Below are positions 18,002 through 22,118 of a stretch of 22,118 nt of DNA, piece by piece. The stretch comes from Nitrospinota bacterium (GTDB lineage: Bacteria; UBA8248), in the NCBI GenBank assembly GCA_046581755.1, contig JAYGFR010000140.1, positions 1 to 22,118 on the forward strand, given 5' to 3'. Every line of letters begins with the position of its first letter. Within the stretch, counting starts at the first letter, position 1. The notes beneath the pieces are model-generated. The model did not search any database and was not told where the DNA came from. It was given only the letters and a program-made list of their open reading frames with translations. The position numbers were made by a program, and so were the translations under genes.

Positions 18002-19228
18002 CTAGCGGTCGATCTCTCCGAGAACGATATCCAAGCTTCCCATCGCAGCCACCACGTCGCCAAACAGGCCGCCAAGAACCATCTCGGGCAGCGAAAATAG
18101 ATTCGAAAAACTCGGCGCCCGGACTTTCACCTTATACGGCTGCGGGCTTCCATCGCTGACGATGTAGTAGCCAAGCTCCCCCCGGGGGGACTCGATGGCA
18201 AGGTAGACCTCGCCGGCCGGGACATGGTAGCCCTCGGTGAATATCTTGAAATGGTGGATGAGCGCCTCCATGTCGTGGGCCAGCAGCTCCTTGGGCGGAG
18301 GGACGACCTTGGGATCGTCCGCCATCAGCGGCCCCTCCGGCATGCCCTCGATCGCCTGCAGGGCGATTTTCCGCGACTCGCGCATCTCGGCCATGCGCAC
18401 GAGGTAGCGGTCGTAAATGTCGCCCGTCTCCCCGAGAGGAACCTCGAAATCGAACTCCCCATAGGTCAGATAGGGCTCTTTCTTGCGGATGTCGTAGTCG
18501 AATCCGCAGGCGCGGAGAAGGGGTCCTGTCACGCCCAGGCCAATCGCCTGGTCCGCCGTCATCGCACCGACCCCGCGCGTGCGGTAGCGGAAGATCGGGT
18601 TGTCGGTGAGCAGTTCCTCGTAGTCGTCCATCTTGGAGGGAAAGTCATCGAGGAAGGCAAGGCAATCGTTCAGGAATTCGGGATAGGGCTCCCGCGCGAC
18701 GCCCCCTACGCGGAAGTAGCTGGTCATCATCCGGACGCCCGATATTTTTTCAAAAATTTTGATGATGGCTTCCCTCTCGCGGAAGGCATAAAGGAAAACC
18801 GTCATCGCTCCCAGATCCAGGGCGTGGGTTCCCAGCCAGACGAGATGGCTCTGGATACGGGTTATCTCGGCCAGGAGCACTCTCAAATACTGGCACCGCC
18901 GGGGAATTTCCATGCCGAGCAGTTTTTCGACCGCCAGAACGAAGCCCAGGTTGTTCGACATGGGCGCGAGGTAGTCCATCCGGTCGGTCATCGGGAGGGC
19001 CTTGTTGTAGGTCTTTACCTCCATGTTTTTTTCGATGCCGGTATGGAGATAGCCGATGATGGGCCGGCAGCCAGTGACCGTCTCCCCCTCGAGATCGAGC
19101 ACGACGCGGAGAACGCCGTGGGTGCTCGGGTGCTGCGGACCCATGTTGAGGGTCATCGTCTCGGTTCGAATGGGACCGAGAATATCTCGATCCGGCCCAG
19201 CGGCGCGGCCGGCCTCTGCACTCATCAT
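18002..19228 (-). CDS. nuoD: NADH-quinone oxidoreductase subunit D, long form
   Basis: 408 aa; NMGPQHPSTHGVLR, DRMDY, MEALIHHFKIFTEG, ESPRGELG, DIVLGEIDR. Confidence 0.97.
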   Translation of the reverse strand: MMSAEAGRAAGPDRDILGPIRTETMTLNMGPQHPSTHGVLRVVLDLEGETVTGCRPIIGYLHTGIEKNMEVKTYNKALPMTDRMDYLAPMSNNLGFVLAVEKLLGMEIPRRCQYLRVLLAEITRIQSHLVWLGTHALDLGAMTVFLYAFREREAIIKIFEKISGVRMMTSYFRVGGVAREPYPEFLNDCLAFLDDFPSKMDDYEELLTDNPIFRYRTRGVGAMTADQAIGLGVTGPLLRACGFDYDIRKKEPYLTYGEFDFEVPLGETGDIYDRYLVRMAEMRESRKIALQAIEGMPEGPLMADDPKVVPPPKELLAHDMEALIHHFKIFTEGYHVPAGEVYLAIESPRGELGYYIVSDGSPQPYKVKVRAPSFSNLFSLPEMVLGGLFGDVVAAMGSLDIVLGEIDR

Positions 19229-19260
19229 GCGCTCCTGTCCGAGCCTCCTCCTCCGGGCGG

Positions 19261-19830
19261 CTACCCGGCGGCCTCCGGCTTGCCTTCGGGCGTCCCGCGG
19301 AACGAGAACGCCACCGGTTCGGCGGAGATATCGAAATCCTTCCGGTGCGGATGCCCCTCGAAACCATCCGGGGTCAGAATCCGCTCCAGATTCTCATTGC
19401 CCTCGAATACGATTCCCACGAGGTCGTAGGCCTCGCTCTCATGCGGCGAAGCACCGGGCCAGACGCCGCTCACGGTCGGCACCCGGGGCTCGAGGTCGTC
19501 CCCGCAGGGGACCTCCAGGCGAAGCCGCTTGGTGCGCTCCATATCCAAAAGGGAGTAGGTGACTTTGAAACGGTAGGGGACCGGAAGTTCCAGGCAGTCC
19601 ACCCCAGCGAGAAAGGAAAGCTGACGGAATCCCCTGGAATCGCACAGAAATTCGGCGGCCCGGGCAAGCGCCGATGGAGCGATCTCCACCGATATCTGGC
19701 CCCGGTGGAGCCTGACGCCAAGGATTCCATCGCCCAGGAGGCCTCGGAGCGCCCGGACATCCTCATCCATCTCCTCGGGGCGCTCTTCTTCTTTTCCGGA
19801 TTCGGGCGACTCTTCGATCTCATCCGCCAC
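19261..19830 (-). CDS. nuoC: NADH-quinone oxidoreductase subunit C
   Basis: 189 aa; VPTVSGVWPGASPHESEAYDLVGIVFEG...RILTP...GHPHRKDF; GTG start after AAAGGAAA. Confidence 0.94.
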   Translation of the reverse strand: MADEIEESPESGKEEERPEEMDEDVRALRGLLGDGILGVRLHRGQISVEIAPSALARAAEFLCDSRGFRQLSFLAGVDCLELPVPYRFKVTYSLLDMERTKRLRLEVPCGDDLEPRVPTVSGVWPGASPHESEAYDLVGIVFEGNENLERILTPDGFEGHPHRKDFDISAEPVAFSFRGTPEGKPEAAG

Positions 19831-19869
19831 GGTCTGGTTTCCTTTTAAAAGGCCGGGCGCCGCCTGCCC

Positions 19870-19916
19870 GATTCATCCACTCGTGATTCATCCACTCGTG
19901 ATTCATGCGCTCGTGA
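19870..19916. repeat. 15-bp tandem repeat, three copies, in the nuoB-nuoC spacer
   Basis: GATTCATCCACTCGT at 19870 and 19885, GATTCATGCGCTCGT at 19900, then a partial GA. Confidence 0.9.
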
Positions 19917-19980
19917 AAATTAGTGCAAGGGCTGGTCCCGAACTCCTTTCCCTGCCAGGGGAAGGGTGCGGCCCTCTCGA

Positions 19981-20478
19981 TCAGGCCGTTTTTGCCTTGC
20001 CGTGGTCTGGGTAGAGGTCTTCTTCCTCAATTTTCTTTTGGAGCTTGAGGATTCCGTCGAGCAAAGTTTCCGGACGCGGCGGGCACCCGGGGACATAGAT
20101 ATCCACGGGAATCACCTCGTCCACGCCCTGGACAAGCGCGTAATTATTGAAAATGCCTCCTGTCGAAGCGCATGCACCCATCGAAATCACCCATTTGGGC
20201 TCCGGCATCTGATCGTATATTTGGCGAAGGACGGGAGCCATCTTCCGCGAAACCCTGCCCGCCACGATCATCAGGTCCGCCTGGCGCGGGGAAGCGCGGA
20301 AGACCTCGGCGCCGAAGCGCGCTATATCGTACTTGCTCGCCGAGGTGGACATCATCTCGATGGCGCAGCACGCCAGGCCGAAGAGCGCGGGCCAAAGGCT
20401 GTTTTTCCGCGCCCATTTGATGACGTCGGCAGCCCGGCCCAGGACCACCTGGCCCTCGAGCAGTTCCTCTAATCCCAT
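19981..20478 (-). CDS. nuoB: NADH-quinone oxidoreductase subunit B (N2)
   Basis: Likely start is ATG at 20478 (MGLEELLEG), with a 10-bp overlap of nuoA; the track ORF is over-extended. [36 protein letters not shown]. Confidence 0.97.
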   Translation of the reverse strand: MGLEELLEGQVVLGRAADVIKWARKNSLWPALFGLACCAIEMMSTSASKYDIARFGAEVFRASPRQADLMIVAGRVSRKMAPVLRQIYDQMPEPKWVISMGACASTGGIFNNYALVQGVDEVIPVDIYVPGCPPRPETLLDGILKLQKKIEEEDLYPDHGKAKTA

Positions 20479-20825
20479 TCCAGAGCTCCACGCTTCCATT
20501 CGTATACGAGGCTGGCCACCAGCAGGAACATGAAGGGGAGCATCGCGACGAAAGCGTATCCCCCCATCTGGCGAAGCACCACGGCCCAGGGGAACAGGAA
20601 GATCGTCTCCACGTCGAAGATGATGAAGAGCATCGCCACGAGGAAGAATTTGATGGAAAACCGTCCTCTCGCGCTCGTCTCCGGGACAATTCCGCACTCG
20701 TAGGCCACGTCTTTTTCGGGGGAGGGCCGCCTTTTGCCAAAAAAGAAGGAAATGCCCAGATTCAGGACCGCAAAACCGGACGCCATGGCGAGAAGAATGA
20801 GGATAGGCACATATTCCTGGGGCAC
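20469..20825 (-). CDS. nuoA: NADH-quinone oxidoreductase subunit A
   Basis: GTG at 20825 with GAGG upstream gives 118 aa; [36 protein letters not shown]. Confidence 0.95.
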   Translation of the reverse strand: MPQEYVPILILLAMASGFAVLNLGISFFFGKRRPSPEKDVAYECGIVPETSARGRFSIKFFLVAMLFIIFDVETIFLFPWAVVLRQMGGYAFVAMLPFMFLLVASLVYEWKRGALEWD

Positions 20826-20894
20826 GGCCAAACCTCGCCGAAAGGGTTCCATGTGTAGAAAAATCAAAGCTCAAACGCACTTTTACCGGGGGTT

Positions 20895-20923
20895 ATTTTA
20901 AGGACCGCCACCTGGGGTGTCAA
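20895..20923 (-). promoter_or_regulatory. Sigma70 promoter of the complete nuo operon
   Basis: Minus strand TTGACA (20923-20918), exactly 17 nt, then TAAAAT (20900-20895), about 70 nt upstream of nuoA. Confidence 0.8.
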
Positions 20924-21004
20924 GAATTCAAACCCATCCTCGCCCGCAAACGGTGGAGGGCCGCCGGGGTGGGCAATAAACGGGCCGAGCTCCGAGTCTA
21001 GGCA

Positions 21005-21030
21005 GGGGGCAGGAAATCGGGGGCAGGAAA
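21005..21030. repeat. 12-bp direct repeat with 14-bp period
   Basis: GGGGGCAGGAAA at 21005-21016 and 21019-21030. Confidence 0.6.
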
Positions 21031-21047
21031 CCGGCCGGAGGGCGGGT

Positions 21048-21704
21048 TCAGATTTTCTTTCGCGATTCGGACAGTTTCTTCTCTAGAATTTCGATGTAGC
21101 GCACCGCGCTCCTCGAATAGGGCAAAATTTCGAGGGTGCGCTTGAATGCATCCAGCGCCGCCTCCATATCGTTCATCCCGAGATAATTCAGCCCCAAGCC
21201 CGAAAGCGCGCCGAAATGATGGGGATTGAGTTCGATGACCTTGATACAGTCGGCGACGGACTCCTGGTAGCGCCTCGCCATCCAGAGCGCCGTCGCCCGC
21301 TTGTTCCACCCCTCCGCATAGCCGGGTTTAAGGCGGATCATCTCGGCGAACACCGCGATGGCCTCCTCGAGCCGGCCGCTCTCCATCAGCCCCACCCCCC
21401 GCTTCATCAGCGTGTCGATCTCGGGATTGTCCGAGCGCATCCAGATTTTCCACAGCGAGCGGTTCGCCGCCTCCCGGACGGCGGCGTTCTCATCGGCCAA
21501 GAGGGAGGCGAGGCGGGAGGTATGCTCCATCTTTCCCACCCGGCCCAGCTCCACGGCCGCCTGGAAGCGGACGGCGGGATTTTTGTTCTTCAGGCGCATG
21601 AGCGCGTCCGGAGCGGGCGCCGCGCCCGCCACCCTCGATATGCCCGCCGAGCCTAGAACCGCCAGGGCGATGGCCGTCAAAAAAATCAATGCCGCATGGC
21701 GCAT
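21048..21704 (-). CDS. Putative exported HEAT-repeat plus tetratricopeptide-repeat protein
   Basis: ATG at 21704 follows a strong GAGGAGG (218 aa). Signal-like N-terminus MRHAALIFLTAIALAVLGS; HEAT-like NPAVRFQAAVELG and DENAAVREAANRSL; TPRs PGYAEGWNKRATALW and LNPHHFGALSGLGLNY. Confidence 0.85.
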   Translation of the reverse strand: MRHAALIFLTAIALAVLGSAGISRVAGAAPAPDALMRLKNKNPAVRFQAAVELGRVGKMEHTSRLASLLADENAAVREAANRSLWKIWMRSDNPEIDTLMKRGVGLMESGRLEEAIAVFAEMIRLKPGYAEGWNKRATALWMARRYQESVADCIKVIELNPHHFGALSGLGLNYLGMNDMEAALDAFKRTLEILPYSRSAVRYIEILEKKLSESRKKI

Positions 21705-21791
21705 GATGAGTCCTCCTCGAAGCGGCGGCCGGATTCCGATTCCCCCCGATTCTGGTTCCAGAAAGCGGGCCGCCGGCGGTAGTCCCATCCC

Positions 21792-22118
21792 TCAGTGAGT
21801 CACCCCTTGTTTTTCGAAATACTGCTGATGATACTCCTCGGCCCGGTAGAAGACCGGGGCGGGCGAAATCTCGGTCACGATGTCGCTCCGGAACTTGCCC
21901 GAGGCCGCGAGCGCGTCCCGCGAGGCGATGGCCGCCGTCTCCTGGGCCGAGCCGTGGAAGTGGATGACCGATCGGTACTGGGTGCCGACATCGGGCCCCT
22001 GGCGGTTCAGCGTCGTCGGATCGTGAATCGCCCATAAAACCTCTAACAGTTCATCGTAGGAAACCACCGAGGGATCGAAATCCAGCTCCACCACCTCGGC
22101 GTGCCCGGTTCTTCCCGT
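21792..22118 (-). CDS. msrA: Peptide-methionine (S)-S-oxide reductase; 3' part only, 5' end outside window
   Basis: Frame is open to the window edge: [10 protein letters not shown]...[21 protein letters not shown]...[11 protein letters not shown]. Confidence 0.95.
   Translation of the reverse strand, partial: TGRTGHAEVVELDFDPSVVSYDELLEVLWAIHDPTTLNRQGPDVGTQYRSVIHFHGSAQETAAIASRDALAASGKFRSDIVTEISPAPVFYRAEEYHQQYFEKQGVTH

Noticed and set aside
19870..19916. CRISPR array
   Set aside because: The units are 15 bp and contiguous with no spacers, and there are no cas genes in the window.
19911..19940. Rex operator, NtrC site or sigma54 promoter in the nuoB-nuoC spacer (GGACCAGCCCTTGCACTAATTTTCACGA)
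   Set aside because: Each matches only half its consensus. The GG-N10-GC spacing fits sigma54, but the -24 element is poor.
21705..21788. Longer start of the TPR gene at 21788, and inverted repeats in this spacer as an ncRNA or terminator
   Set aside because: A strong GAGGAGG and a signal-like N-terminus favour 21704. The short GC stems lack a U-tract or any family signature I recognise.
150..22037. Many long + strand ORFs (for example 16064-18100, 12156-13634, 14685-16031, 1806-3053) and alternative-frame minus ORFs
   Set aside because: They overlap well-supported nuo genes almost entirely, show low-complexity Arg/His/Gly/Pro composition and have no recognisable motifs. This is typical of shadow frames in GC-rich DNA.

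Overview
GC-rich bacterial DNA with every supportable gene on the minus strand. In transcription order (right to left): the 3' part of msrA, an exported HEAT/TPR protein, a near-consensus sigma70 promoter, and a complete 14-gene complex I operon (nuoA-N, with N7-type NuoG and separate NuoC and NuoD). About 20 bp after the nuoN stop, a second promoter precedes a divergent complex I-like operon, nuoA-B-C-D-H-J-K-L, which runs off the window edge. This second operon lacks the NADH module (nuoEFG) and also lacks nuoI at its canonical position. Its NuoD has a 25-aa deletion in the C-terminal loop, and its NuoB carries an extra Cys. It is the most unusual system here: a headless, apparently NuoI-less paralog in tandem with a full complex I. 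Short-period tandem repeats sit next to nuoC in both operons. The many + strand ORFs are antisense shadows. Taxonomy, and what lies beyond nuoL-2, cannot be determined from this window.
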